Assembly: GCF_006345805.1 (NCBI RefSeq)
Contig: NC_043008.1
Span: 24,738,001 to 24,802,000 of the forward strand
Direction: 5' to 3'
Source of the DNA: Octopus sinensis
Taxonomy: Eukaryota
DNA length: 64,000 nt
Position numbers and translations under genes: made by a program. Below the pieces are notes generated by a model, which worked only from the letters and a program-made list of their open reading frames with translations, did no database searches and was not told the origin of the DNA. Below, piece after piece: positions 38,640-51,878 of the stretch (position 1 is its first letter; every line of letters starts with the position of its first letter).

Positions 38640-40765
38640 CACTGGTCAACAGCCAATTTTCATCAGGGATATTAAATGGTGTTTTATACGTAGTTTTGTC
38701 CGCAGATTTTAAAAATGTAATCGGTTTCCTTCTACCAGGCACAGTTTTTCTGATGAGATAAGAGAGGTATATAACTCCCATCAGTAGTATTGCTACACGT
38801 AAACATCTTATACAGGTAAATTCTATGTCAAGGCATTGCAGGAACAGTCCTGATATATTTTGTCATGTCTGTGGTTCATTTACCACCAAAGCTCAGCAAC
38901 GTGCCATCACAAGTGAAATCAAGAAGATCCACCAATTATACTTTGGCTGCTCTCTCGGGGAACAAGATAAGAGTTGGGTCCCACACATCATCTGCTCAGC
39001 TTGTTCAAATGGACTAAGGGATTAGCTAAATAAGAGGAAGAGAGCAATGCCGTTTGCAATACTTATGATATGGAGAGAGCCAAAGGATCATTTCATGGAC
39101 TGTTATTTCTACAACGTTAATAATGTATATGGGTTTACTGTAAAGACCAATCATAAGCTTGTGCATCTCAACTTGGAATCAGCAAGAGGACCAGTACCTC
39201 ACTACGATGATGATCTTCTTATTCCGATACCACCAGAAAATGACCTTCAGATGTCTGATGAAGATGTATTTCCTGAAGAAAATACTACTGCTGTGGAAGA
39301 GATCGAAGTGGATGCAGATTGAAAATGATGACGTACCACAGACATTTTCTCAAGGAGAGTTAAATGATTTAGTTAGAGACTTGTCATTGTTGAAGGATAA
39401 AGCTGACCTTGCCTACAAGAAAAGTGTTTGCTTAAGAAAGATGTTTGTATTACTCATTTCATGAAGAGAAATAGAGATCTGACTTCATGCTTCTCTGTTG
39501 ATGGACTACTTTGTTTCAGTAATAACACTGATGAGTTATTTTGCTGTTTGTTCGAAGAGCATGTTCCAGCTGAATGGCGCTTATTCATTGATTCATCTAA
39601 GAGAAGCCTCAAGGCAATACTACTACACAACAGCAATAAGAAACCATCCATTCCCATAGGACATTCAGTGCACATGAATGAGTGTTATGAAAACATGCAA
39701 GTACTCTTCAATGCCATAAAGTATACAAACTACAGCTGGAAAATATTGTGGAGACTTGAAGGTGATTGGAATGTTGATGGGAATGCAATATGGGTTCACA
39801 AAATATTGTTGCTTATTATGCTTATGGGACAATCGTGCAACTAACAAGCACTACGTGCAATCAGAGTGGCCTTTGCGAAAATCATATGAGCCAGGAGTTT
39901 CTAACGTCCAGAGTAAGCCACTTTTAAACACAGAAAATGTTCTTCTTTCCCCTCTTCACATAAAGCTTGGCCTCATGAAACAATTTGTGAAGACACTTGC
40001 CAGGAAAAGATCAAAAGGTTTTGAATATGTGAAGGCCGAATTTCCAAAAATCACCGAGGCAAAACTGAAGGAGGGCGTATTCCTAGGTACGCAGATAAAA
40101 GAACTCCTGAAGGACAACCACTTCCTTACAGCACTGGATGAGATTGAGTTTAAAGCCTGGGAATCCTTTAAATGGCTCTGTGAAAACTTCCTAGGCAACA
40201 AGAGATCTCTAGAGTTTAGAAATGGAGTGAAATGTCTTCTAGACTCCTACGCTGTAATGGGCTGTTTGATGTCACTAAAAGTTTATATCCTTGATTCACA
40301 TCTGGACTGTTTTTCAGAGAACCTTGGAGCAGTGTCTGATGAGCAAGGGGAACGCTTTCATCAAGATATTGCATCGAGGAACAACGATATCAAGGATTTT
40401 GGAATGCAGGAATGTTACTGTTGGATGTTATATAGGAATGAACCTGAGACAAAACACCATAGGAAGTCCAAATACCAAATATTTTAAGTTGTTATGCGTC
40501 TAAGTGTATTCTAACTTATTTGTACACAATGATTTTACTTTTGTACAATAAAAAACCATGAAATTATCGTATATTGTATTCAATATACTTTATATACACA
40601 TACTTTACGTATCCTATAAGTTAAAACAGCAGGTATCATTAACATGAAAATGTGACCTGATAGAGGAAATCGGACTTCAGCTTCGTAATCAGCATCAAAA
40701 TTAACCCAGAAAAGTTAATCAGCAACTCTGAGGATTAAAAAAATGTTTCATTTTGTTGACCAGTG
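38640..40765 (+). mobile_element. Complete Chapaev3-type (CMC) DNA transposon, frameshifted transposase
   Basis: 12-bp TIR cactggtcaaca / tgttgaccagtg and TTA TSD on both sides. ORF pieces: FCHVCG..DKSWVPHIIC, WREPKDH, RLFIDSSKRSLK, LHIKLGLMKQFVK, SHLD..SDEQGERFHQDI. Confidence 0.85.
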
Positions 40766-41049
40766 TTACCGTAAAAACCGATGTAATTTACGCACTTTTT
40801 TGGCAAAAACAAAAATAAACTTTAGGGATGCGTAAATTACATGGGTAGATCGTTTCAGAATGTTTTTTTTTTGCTGCAAAAGGACGTACAAATGTAAACA
40901 TTCGTACCGGAAGTTGAATATTTAATGTCAGAATAGGTTTTTACAGAAAAATATAATGAAGTTGACTTTTATTTATGCTGGACGGTATAATGCATTTTCA
41001 GTATAAGTTTTCTAAAACCTTTCAATGATTAACTACTTTTTGAAGTTTG

Positions 41050-41545
41050 ACGTTCATGCCAATAATCACTGTCCGGGCCATATTGCTTGGAGTTTCTACC
41101 TATCGCAATGGAGATCAGCATTTTCCTTAAATAGATCAGTTTTTCTCCGCTTAAGAAGTCTAGCTTGCGCTTGCCTCCGGGAAGCTATTGCTCGCTTTCT
41201 TCGCGTTAGGACAATGAAAATCGTCATCGCCGACATCGCCGTTACCAGCTCTTATGGCATCTAACGCCGACAACATCATAGCAACTAACCCTTACAGCAA
41301 AATGTTCTGGAAATATGTTCGTTCGAAACAGATCTCATTCCCCAGTTGGCCCACTTCACAGTCTCTGCACATGTCAGATCACTGATGACCCCAAGGAATG
41401 TGCTGAGCTTATTGCTAAATGCTATGCTGGCATTTTTATTGTTGAAAATCCCAATGTACTTTCTTCACCCACACTGACATCAAATTTCGTAACATCTGTG
41501 AAATTCACACCCGCAATGCTGCGACGCCACCTCATGATTATTTCT
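41050..41545 (+). mobile_element. Decayed CR1-like LINE internal fragment
   Basis: KMFWKY..VGPLH..ITDDPKECAELIAKCYAGIF resembles the CR1 EN-RT linker. Confidence 0.6.
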
Positions 41546-41842
41546 CCAAGCAATTATCTATGTATGTATGTTTTACCTTGTATCTTTTATTGAATTCTTT
41601 GTTTGAATAAATCAACACGAGAACTTAATGTTTAAACCTTGTACTTATTCTATCGATTATTTTGCCGAACCACTAAGTTACGGGGATACAAACACATTAA
41701 TACCGGTTGTCAAGCGGTGGTGGGTGGACAAACACAAATAGAAAGACACACAAACATAAATGTACATACATACATACATATATATATATGCACACACATA
41801 TATGTATGTATATATTTACACACACACTCACACACACATAAG

Positions 41843-42170
41843 TGAAGGCGCATGACTCAGTGGTCAGAGCGTCGTGCTTACAATCGTGAAGTTGTGAGTT
41901 ATATTCCCGGACCGGGCTGCGTGTTGTGCTCTTTATTTCACGTAGCTCCAGTTCACTCAGCCGTAGAAATAAGTTGCGAAATCACCGGTGCCAAGCTGTA
42001 TCGGCCATTGCCTTTCCCTTTGATAACATCGATGGCATGGAGAGGGGAGGCTGGTATGTATGGGTGAAAGCTGGTTTTCCACAAACAATTTTGCCTGGAC
42101 TTGTGCCTCGGTGGGTAACATTTTAGGTACAATCTCATGGTCATTTATGACCAAAGGGCTTATTTTACCC
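41843..42170 (+). mobile_element. tRNA-head SINE (family D) nested in the split SINE
   Basis: gaaggcgcatgactcagtggtcagagcg..gttgtgagtt. A related head occurs at 48930-49030. Confidence 0.7.
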
Positions 42171-42204
42171 TTTTACACGCCTTTATGTTTGTCAATTCAT
42201 CAAA

Positions 42205-42345
42205 TACTAGGTATGATCAATAAGTATCCGGATTGTTGACATAGTAACGAAGCTAAAGCACACAGAAAACCACTTGTCACAGACTGATCTTGTGCATGTG
42301 CACCAAGTTTCAACGTTATAGCTCACTTCTATTGTTTACAGGAGT
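42205..42345 (+). mobile_element. Mariner-like terminal fragment
   Basis: ggtatgatcaataagtatccggattg resembles mariner TIR starts. Confidence 0.4.
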
Positions 42346-42711
42346 GCTTGGAAGGAACTGAACCCAGAAACATGTGGTTGGTAAACAAGCTACGTACCAC
42401 ACAGCCACTCCTGCGCCTATGGTTATTTTTTCTGATTATATCCACAACAATACTTAGATATTAGAGTTTTAGCTGCATAGAGAATCTTAGCTAAGGAAAC
42501 CAAATATTTAAAAATAAATTCCCCAAACTGGGTCCATACTTGTTTTTTTTTTTGTAAAGGGGCATGGTCTAGTGAGTTCGGAATTAGCATCAGTCTTGTG
42601 TGCAGCGATGGCAACCTGAATTCTTAGATTTTAGGAATGACTTACTCGACTATTAGGCTTCACCTTTCTCCTTTTCACAACACACAAAAGTACTAATATT
42701 TTTTAGACTTT

Positions 42712-42895
42712 CAGGCAACGAGCTATCAGAATCGTTAGCACGCCAGACAAAATGCTTAGCGGCATTTCGCCCGTCTTAACGTTCTGAGTTCAAATTCAGC
42801 CGAAGTCAACTTCGCCTTTCATCTTTTCAGGATCGTTAAAATAAGTACGAGTCGAGCATGAAAATTGCTGCCCTTGTGCTAAAATTTGAAATCAG
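42712..42895 (+). mobile_element. tRNA-type SINE (family B)
   Basis: Matches 25438-25660. Confidence 0.8.
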
Positions 42896-45269
42896 TTTTT
42901 TTCAGCCTTTATTTACTGTTCAGACGGACATAGATCAATGATATAGCTTTATTTCTCTGGCTTTTTTTGAACCAGAAGTCTTAACGGAAATTCAGTGTGT
43001 TAAATGCTGATATGGATTGTGTCCTTAAATTATATAAAGATAATTTTTTTCCGAAGGGCATAAACGATTAATTAGTTATTATAATGACGTTTTCAAAAGT
43101 GACGTTTTTATCATTTGTAGTGTCAGTAATTTTAAGTTAATGTGTTACTTGAGGAGTCACGGCTATTGAAATATGACAACAATATATTGAACTGACACAA
43201 ACCATATGCCATCCTTCAATTCTAATTATGAAAACAGTCATTTCTGGCAAACGATGGTTTGTATTATTTGCCAATATTGCAAACATAATTGCTGTATATA
43301 TCAAAGTGGTACATAGCAATTAGTAAAGCGCAGAATGTGCTTTACAGTGTTTAGTTAAGTTGGTTTACGTTCTTAGTTGAATTGCACAACAACTCACTGA
43401 TATTTCATTTCTTAGATTGTACGCTCATCAAGTAGTGAATTTCATTTAAATCATGTCAATCCTACTAAAAATGTTTAGCATTGTGCCAGTAATAAAAATC
43501 AATATTAACGCATATGTTATTTGAATATATTTACAATGTCGAAAATATTGTTGTATATATATATCTGATATATTATATACCTAATTAATGTAGCTACTTT
43601 ATCTGGTTTTGTATTATAACTGTCTCCATTATATATACAGAAGGAAACTATTTTCCTCTCCAAGTTTCCTTTCGTAAATATTGAAGCTTTTGTTCCACAC
43701 ATTGTTATGTTCTACACATAAATTATTCTTTGAAACATCCTTGTTGCGAGTATCAGTTTTTAACCAATAACATTTTGGTGTCTACTCAATTGCATCCAAG
43801 CTATTGTGTCAGCGTTTTGTTGAAGATCATGCTGTAACTATAGCAACGATTTGCGCATAATGTTTGAGCTACAATTGTATTTTTACTAATATTATTACTG
43901 TTCTTGTTAACGCTGTTTTTGTTTTTGTTTCCTAGATTCTCATAAAATTAGGAAAGCTCTATTGAATTAGCGAATTCTATCACAATGTCAACAATTATAA
44001 ATAATCGGACTGCTTGTCTTTTCCTTTACAACAATGTTAGTCTTCCGCAGTAATTCAGCACCATTGCCGACGTTAGTTTGTGTCTGCCCATCATTCTGTC
44101 TTCAATCAAGTGCAATATGATTATATTATATTGGTAAAGGTTGTTTTTGCAAAACCAATAGATTTTATTCTCTTTCGTCTTGAATTCAATTATCAATCAA
44201 CGACTGAGTTCTTCGATGAATGCTCCAAACGATAGGAAATAATTGGACAAGCATGTAATAGAAGTAACAAAGGTTGTTTTTATTCGTCTGAGATTTCTTG
44301 CATTTCCATTTCATGACGACAGATTCTCTACTACTGTGAATACTTGGCTTTCATTTTCGGGCTTCTATTCAATTCTCAATCTTAAGTAAAACAAATATTT
44401 ACATTAAGAGAGCGAAAACGACAAACAAAACTAAAATCACATGGTAGCATATTTCTTAAACTTCATTGGGTCTCTTCTCTGAACGAATAGAAAGCATCAC
44501 ATCTAAACCAGGAATAAGTTTCAATTTAGTCCTTAGCAATTAAATGGTATGTAAGTTTCAATACCATTTTCTTAATGATTTTTACGTTGCAATAATCCAT
44601 GGCATTACTCAGATAAGAAATTTGCGATGAATGTAAGCTGCACCTGGTTAGATATTACTTAAATCAGATTCTATAGCAGTTTCAAAATCAGTTATCTGTT
44701 TACGTTGCTTTTCTTATGCAAAACATATATCTTGGTTTAAATTTAAAAAGTAAATATTTAGCAGATGTTTAAACTCAAGAGGTAAGGACAAATAAATTGA
44801 GATTAGTTACTTACAACTCAAATATAACCGGGAAATTATTGATGTCATTTAATTCGAGAAATGACGTGCAAATATCCATCTATTCTATTAATTCACTGGC
44901 GATTTGAACTTAGGGACAAGGGCGTTAATTTTTATGTAATTATCTTTTCTACGTGATTATAAATGTTAATGTAATTTATTCTATAATTATTCACAGGGAA
45001 CTATACAAAGAGAGTTCAGACAATGGTTCTGGGGTGGGGGTTTATACCGAATGATAATAACATTTGATTAAAAATTTAATAACAAATATATAAAACGAAT
45101 GAAGAATAATTATGAAAAATGAAGTGGGGGACGGGATGTAACCACGTACCACCACTGAACCTTTTTTAAAATTTCCTTTGCGGGGTCAATTTTACTCTCA
45201 ACATGTACGCTACGTTTTACCATTTTTTTGTGAACACACTCAGAAGCAGGCAGCTGCTCTCCATCTTTA

Positions 45270-46370
45270 TTTTCCTTTTGAATTGGCAAACGAATTAGTT
45301 TACCAACCCTCGGCTGGAGATGAAGTCACCTGTCCCTGCTCCTCTCAAACTCGACTTCCATACCATCTCTTTCGCAGTCGCTATTACCACAATAAAACAA
45401 ACCATCCCTTCCGTTGAAAGGAAGGGGGTGGAACAATTTTTATTACAGACTCGGAAGGCAGCTCTACTCTTCCTAAACATGACAGCAAGTTTTCAGCATA
45501 AACCCACATCGCCGATATCCTCGGACACTGCATAATAGTGTGCTGAACAGTTTCACTTCTCTGCTCGGATCTTGGGCAATGGGGAGGCAAGAATAGCCGT
45601 GCCTAGCAAGTATATCCCAAACTGGAAAGGCTCCTTGGTAACATTACCAAGCTAGCGACCTATGGAAATTGTCCATAGGCCCCAGCCCGACTGTTCTTCG
45701 GAACAAACCAGCAAGCTGACCTCCATCGAAACCCAGGATTTCTCTCAGGACATCGTCACATTTTGCCTCTATTAACCCTCTATAGAATGACGAGGTGGAA
45801 TCCTCGCCACCGGCATTACCCACGCGGGAGAGAAGCTCGAGAGCCTGCCACGCTCCCAACTTAGGTCTATGCTTAATCCACGGTTCTAAGTCATCAAAAC
45901 TGGTGAACTTAGGAAGAATCAGTCAGACAAACGGAGACTACACTCGCTCACCATCCGGGTAGAGCAGAGATCCCTCAGCCTCAGTGCATGTCTGCGCATC
46001 AACAGCCAAGGCATCCAAACCCCACCCTTCCACGGCTGCTGGCAACAGATAGAACGCCTCACAAGTGGAGTCCTGCTCCTCCACAAAATGCGGAAGAGCA
46101 ATCGCCTCATCTTGTTAAGCCGCGAATCGGGACAAGGCACAACGGTCAGGCGGTAAGTAATCACAGATGCTATAAACATCTCCGACCTCCGCCCTCCCTT
46201 CCAGAAACAACCACCACTCAGACCAGGTCCCAGTTAGGTGAGCCACACTGCTTTCCACCTCTCTCCAATTCTTCTCTATCTGCAGGTCTGACTCGAACCA
46301 GACGCCTAACATCTTAACCGGATCCTCCGTCCAACGCCCGTCGACGTTATTGGGAGTTATCGACTTGCCT
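45270..46370 (-). mobile_element. 3' fragment of an L1/Tx1-clade LINE
   Basis: LGVWFESDLQIEKNW, FIASVITYRL..KGGVWMP, and the CCHC knuckle CPR..ETVQHTIMQCP. Confidence 0.85.
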
Positions 46371-47020
46371 CTCCAGGTGCCAATGTTAATGTAACTTTTG
46401 AAGGTTAACGTTCAACAGAAACAAATCAAATATTGACATCACTCTTAGCACTTGACAAGTTCATTATGAGGACAGTTTAGTGGTCTATTCCTGACCCACG
46501 AGCAAACAGTTTATTAGTAGCAGCTTCCCATCAGCCAGTGATACAATTGTCCTTCACTTGACAATAATGCCGACGCGCCCTGCACGCATACACATATACA
46601 CGCACAAACGCACACACACACACACACAAACACACATACACATGTATATTTGTGTGTATATAATACATTTACTATATATTAAAAAAGTAGAAAAATACAC
46701 TTTAGCAAGATGCTACTTTGGCACACATTTTTTTTCCTATTTGGTTTAATATCTCCATCTGCAGTTTCTCTTATAACATATAACAACCAAATGCAGAGGT
46801 TTTCAACCGGTGGACAGATCAATCTTTAGCTTACCAAGGATCGACTCTATAAGCATTTTATTTATTCGTTTATTGGGTGTATACAAGTACACAAGCAGTC
46901 TCGTGTACAAGCAGTACACAAGAAGTATCGTGTTGATTTACAATATATATAAATATATGTATGTATACTCTTTCCCTCTCACTCTCTCGTTCTCTCTTCA
47001 TATATATATACATACATACA

Positions 47021-47052
<32 letters not shown>

Positions 47053-47060
47053 CATATATA

Positions 47061-47106
<46 letters not shown>

Positions 47107-47139
47107 ATGAATGTATTTCTCATATTTATATTATGTATC

Positions 47140-47260
47140 TTACCTTTTACTTGTTTCAGTCATTAGACTGTGGTCATGGTGGTCATGTGGTCATGAAATT
47201 TTAGTCGAATAAATCGGCCTCAGTATTATTCTTTGAAGTACCGGTACTTATCCTATTGAG
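47140..47260 (-). mobile_element. SINE family A 3' fragment
   Basis: cttgtttcagtcattagactgtggtcatg..ttttagtcgaataaatcg. Confidence 0.6.
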
Positions 47261-47582
47261 TTCTATATTTTATTTCTTCGAGGCAATCTTCAGACAATAT
47301 TATGACACAACTATTTCACTTGCAATAGTGTCATCTTAAGCTTTACCAAAAATTTACAAATATTAAGTGAAACCTGAGAAGACGCAGTTTCGCAGTGAAG
47401 CAGCCACTATTTATTTTTCCTTTACTCTGGTTTTTACCTTCGCACTATCTCTGAAAATCGCCTCAGGACGACAAACTACCATTTTTATTGATTGTCCGAC
47501 CATGTGGAACAATCTCATATTCGAGCTGGTTGGTGCACTTTTTATGAGTTCTTTTTAATGGACAAACCTTGAACATTCACAA

Positions 47583-47625
<43 letters not shown>

Positions 47626-48929
47626 ATATATGCGTAAATAAAAATATATATAAAAAATTACAAAACAGATTGTTTACAGCAGGTATATGAATGGTCAAGT
47701 AAATGCACATGCACAGTTGCATTTCAATATATTCGTGCAGGTGTCTATGCAAAATGATCCAGCTCATAGCAACATACATATGTAAATAGAAATAAAACAG
47801 AAAGGCCATAAACATACACTGAAATATATTTCCATATATGCAAACACAAACACACGCATATTATGGAAATAGATATTTCGTAGAATCAACAGGAATATAT
47901 TCTTCGAATAATAACTTTAGCAGAGAACTCAGAGACAGCAAATATAAATATTTATGAGTATTATACCTTAATCTAAAATCAGCTAAAAATGTGTAACACA
48001 AGAAAACCAAGTCAAGTTTTACCAACAATGAAATAAACGTACGTAATCTGGATATTTATTATTTCTGGATAAATCTCAGTTTCGGGTATAACATGCAGCA
48101 TGAAAATGTGCAAATAGACATACTCTTCTGAAACGCATAAGCACATGCCAGAAATTAAGCATTCAATAACATGATTTTCTTTGTCGAAATAATCTCTCAT
48201 ATGGAGGTGCTATGTTCAAAACGACATAGATTAGAAGGTGCTTTGTGTTGTTTTCCATCGAGATTTCTCGGCATGTGCTAGCAAGTACATTTCATTGGCG
48301 CTCTCGGTAGCTGCTTCTGGGAATATTTTATGTCTCCGTTCAATATCTACTGTATATTAGATTAATGTTTGTGAAGATTTTATCTAAGATGAAAAACACA
48401 ATATCTTGCTTGCCACTAACCATGGTACACAAATGACCATCTATTTTCTGTAGCAATTAAAGGGGATATCTTTCTATGAAAGATAACAGCCTTCTTGATG
48501 ATTGTGGGGGATTTAGAAAATTCATAATTGTTAATGACATACGGAAGGAATGAAAATATTACTTCATTTTCTACCCTTACAAGCCATTGGGTTACGTCTC
48601 TAGCGTTATCCCTAAGACATGTCTTAACTTACCGTTTAACAATATGCTTTACTCTATCTTTTAGCTTTTACTAATCTTACCCGAGTTAAAATTGGAAGTA
48701 CTAATTAGTCTAAAAAAGAAATTTCGAAAAAGTCTGTGTTCTGCACCCTGATAAAAAGAAAATGAGTTCTTAGTCGGCAAGTTTCCGTCATGCTCGCTAA
48801 ATTAGCTCCCGCATTCTCCATCTTCTCTCTCTCCTCACGGTTTCTCTCTTTCTCCCTCCCTCACTATCTATCTGTCTATCTGTCGTTCTTTCTACATAAT
48901 TATCTGCCTGTGTATGCGTGTATGTATGA

Positions 48930-49030
48930 TGGGGAGGTGCACCGCTTAGTCGTTAGGGTGTTGCACTCATGGTCATAAGATTATGATGTCGATGCCTGGA
49001 CCGGACGATGCGTTGTGTACTTGAACAAAT
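48930..49030 (+). mobile_element. tRNA-head SINE fragment (family D)
   Basis: ggaggtgcaccgcttagtcgttagggtgttgcactc..cctggaccgg. Confidence 0.55.
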
Positions 49031-50394
49031 ACTCGTACATCGTTCCCCCCACCTTTTTCCGATAAAATATTTATCTCCTGTTCGGTGCCCATCTTCTGAC
49101 TTAATATCTTTGGGCTCGACCACATAATCAACTGTTGTTTACTAATCTTTAGCATGAATTGTTTTCTTTTTATTTTATGAATCGACTTTATTCCATGTTG
49201 TATTTTGTCCAAAGTAATTACCGGTTAGAACATTCCTTCCCCAAATTTTATTTTGGATTTCATGAGCATTAGTGAAATTCTTTGATGGATTCGGAGGATT
49301 TCTGTTACGTACTACATGTCCAGACCGAAAGTTAGTCATTATAAAATAAACAAAAATTATATGAATTTAAAAGATGCACCCTAAAATTAGAACACACAAT
49401 TAAGTTCCCGAACGAACTAAATCTCTTGGATGCCGTACTGTATGTGCATGTGTATATTTTGTAAATTTTAAATATTTTGTGAATTTCGAAGTTCAGCTTC
49501 TTTCGTAATTAACTACAATTTTTTGTTGAGGCAAGATGAAGAGTAATGATTAATTGTTTTAGAATAATATTATTGGTAAAATATGTGTAATAACATTTGC
49601 ATTATACTTCTGTCGATGTTTACACTTACATATCGGTAATGACATAATTTTAAATTAAATTCCCAATTTTCTGTTTCGAATATTGTAAAATGTAAAATTC
49701 TACTTAAGGTTAAATAATTTTCGTTGGGCTGATATGTTTAGCATTCTATGTAACAAACCAATTCTTCATCTCATCCCCTTTTATAAATCCAACTTCTCCG
49801 TTTATTACGTATCAATTCGCCAAATAGTATTTAGGTAATATGTGTTGTAGAATTCAAACGGTATGCGGTTTGTTGTAAATATTCATATATAATGTTTCTA
49901 CTGAAATCGATTTAATGGGTAATCTATTGATATAACTACTTTTGCAATATAAAAACTAGCAATGTATGGAAATAGTTCGCTATTGAAATGTTGCCAATAT
50001 CGGAAATTAAAGTTAGAGATTAAAAATTCATATTTTACTTCAAAAATTATATTTGAATTTAATATCAAAAAATTAGTTAAACCAGAAATATGATAGGATG
50101 AATTAGACAATAAAGAGGCAAAAATAATTATGATACAGTATATGCATCCTTGATAATAACGATATTAGTAATGCATGTATAAATGTAATTAGTTTGATGA
50201 TAAAAATAGAAAAATATGAAGTAATTTTCACATAAACTCATATATGTGTACATATGTACTGATATACACTCACGTGCAAGCACAAACACTTGGGCGTAAA
50301 GTACATATTTTAAATGTGCATATATACTGTGTTATTGAAGACATTAATACTGATGGAAATGTTAATAAAGGTTAGCATTTAAAATAATAAAATA

Positions 50395-50830
50395 ATAACG
50401 GCTACTAATTTAGGCATTAAGCTATAAGTTTAGTGGAGATGATGTAAATTGACATCATCGACCCTACTATTTGAGTGGTACTTTGTCAATCCCGAAAGAA
50501 TGAGCCCGGCTCGATTTACACTTAGAACGTAACAAGGAGTAAGAAATATTGCAGGGAATTTTCTCCGATGGTCTAAAGAATCTGTTAAACCGCCACCCTA
50601 AATATTCCTTTGCACAATAAACACAAGACCCGAAATTTGGGGGAAAGGGCTAGTCGACTACATCATCCCGAAAAAAAAAGGAAAGGTAAGGTCGACTTTG
50701 GCGGAATTCGAACTCAGAATTTAAAGACGAAATACCACTAAGTATTTTATCAAGCATGCTAACGATAGTGCCAGTTCTCCAACGTGAATGGTTTCAAATT
50801 TTAACACAAGGCCAGCAATTTTTAAAAGGA
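50395..50830 (-). mobile_element. Two adjacent decayed SINEs (family B)
   Basis: ggtcgactttggcggaattcgaactcagaa near 50690 and a second degenerate copy at 50395-50640. Confidence 0.7.
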
Positions 50831-51267
50831 TGGGTAGTCTATTACTCAAAGCCAGTACTAGACTAATATCTATTTTATTGATGAAATTGGAAGTCGACCT
50901 CGCGTACAACCGTTGACAAACATTTCCAGAAATAGGTACAAAACGCAAAATTTCGGTGAGTGGTAAGGTGATGACATCGCCCTCAGTAGTTAATATGTCT
51001 TTTATGTTACTGGCTCCGAAATAGAAAAGCAAAACTGGCCCTGGCGGGATTGGAGTTTGGAGTGGAACAAATATCACAAAGTATTTATTACGAGCTGAGA
51101 CAATTATGTAAATCGTCCACCCTGAAAAATAGCGATACCTTCCTATAATGGCCTAAGGGCAGCGATTACGGAGTAAGGATTATGCTGATGATAATGATTA
51201 AGTTTAAGATTAAATTGTAGGGTTCTGTATTTAAGACATGAGTAATTATGTACATCACCTATATTAT

Positions 51268-51421
51268 TTACAATTGACGGATATTTGTCCTCATCTTGTT
51301 TGCTGTTAACACCACGTTTCGGCTGATATACCCTCCAGCCTTCATCAAGTGTCTTGCGGAAATTTCGAAATTGGGTTCTCTTTTCTAAGGTATTTTTCGA
51401 TGTTATTCTTGTTGCTATTGT

Positions 51422-51468
<47 letters not shown>

Positions 51469-51660
51469 CAATAATAATAATAATAATAATAACAATAATA
51501 ATAACAACAACAACAATAGCATCGAAAAATACCTTAGGAATGAGAACCCAGGTTCGAAATATCCCCAAGACACTTGATCAAGTCTGGAGGGTATATCAGC
51601 CGAAACGTTGTGTTAACAACAAACAAGATGAGAACAAATATCGTCAATTATGAATAATGT
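51268..51660. repeat. Imperfect inverted repeat (about 145-bp arms) around (TAA)n; each arm holds a degenerate hammerhead
   Basis: Consensus gacac yTGATGA a GGCTG gagggtatat CAGCC GAAA CG TT gtgtt at 51309-51355 (-) and 51567-51613 (+). Confidence 0.75.
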
Positions 51661-51833
51661 ATATAATTAAATTTTAGAAATATAAACGCAGTCGTGGTTG
51701 TATGGTAAGAAGCTTGCTTCATAACCACATGGTTCCGGGTTCAGTCCCATTGCATGGTACCTTCGACATGTCTCTTTTACCGACCAAATCCTTGCGATTG
51801 GATTTGGTTGACGCAAACTGAAAGAAGCCCGTC

Positions 51834-51868
<35 letters not shown>

Positions 51869-51878
<10 letters not shown>

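Larger units (their letters stand above)
41636..42420 (-). mobile_element. SINE family A split by nested insertions
   Basis: 3' half at 41636-41745 and head at 42355-42420. Confidence 0.7.

Noticed and set aside
50721-51077. 118-aa minus-strand ORF
   Set aside because: Partly overlaps SINE sequence and has no known motif.
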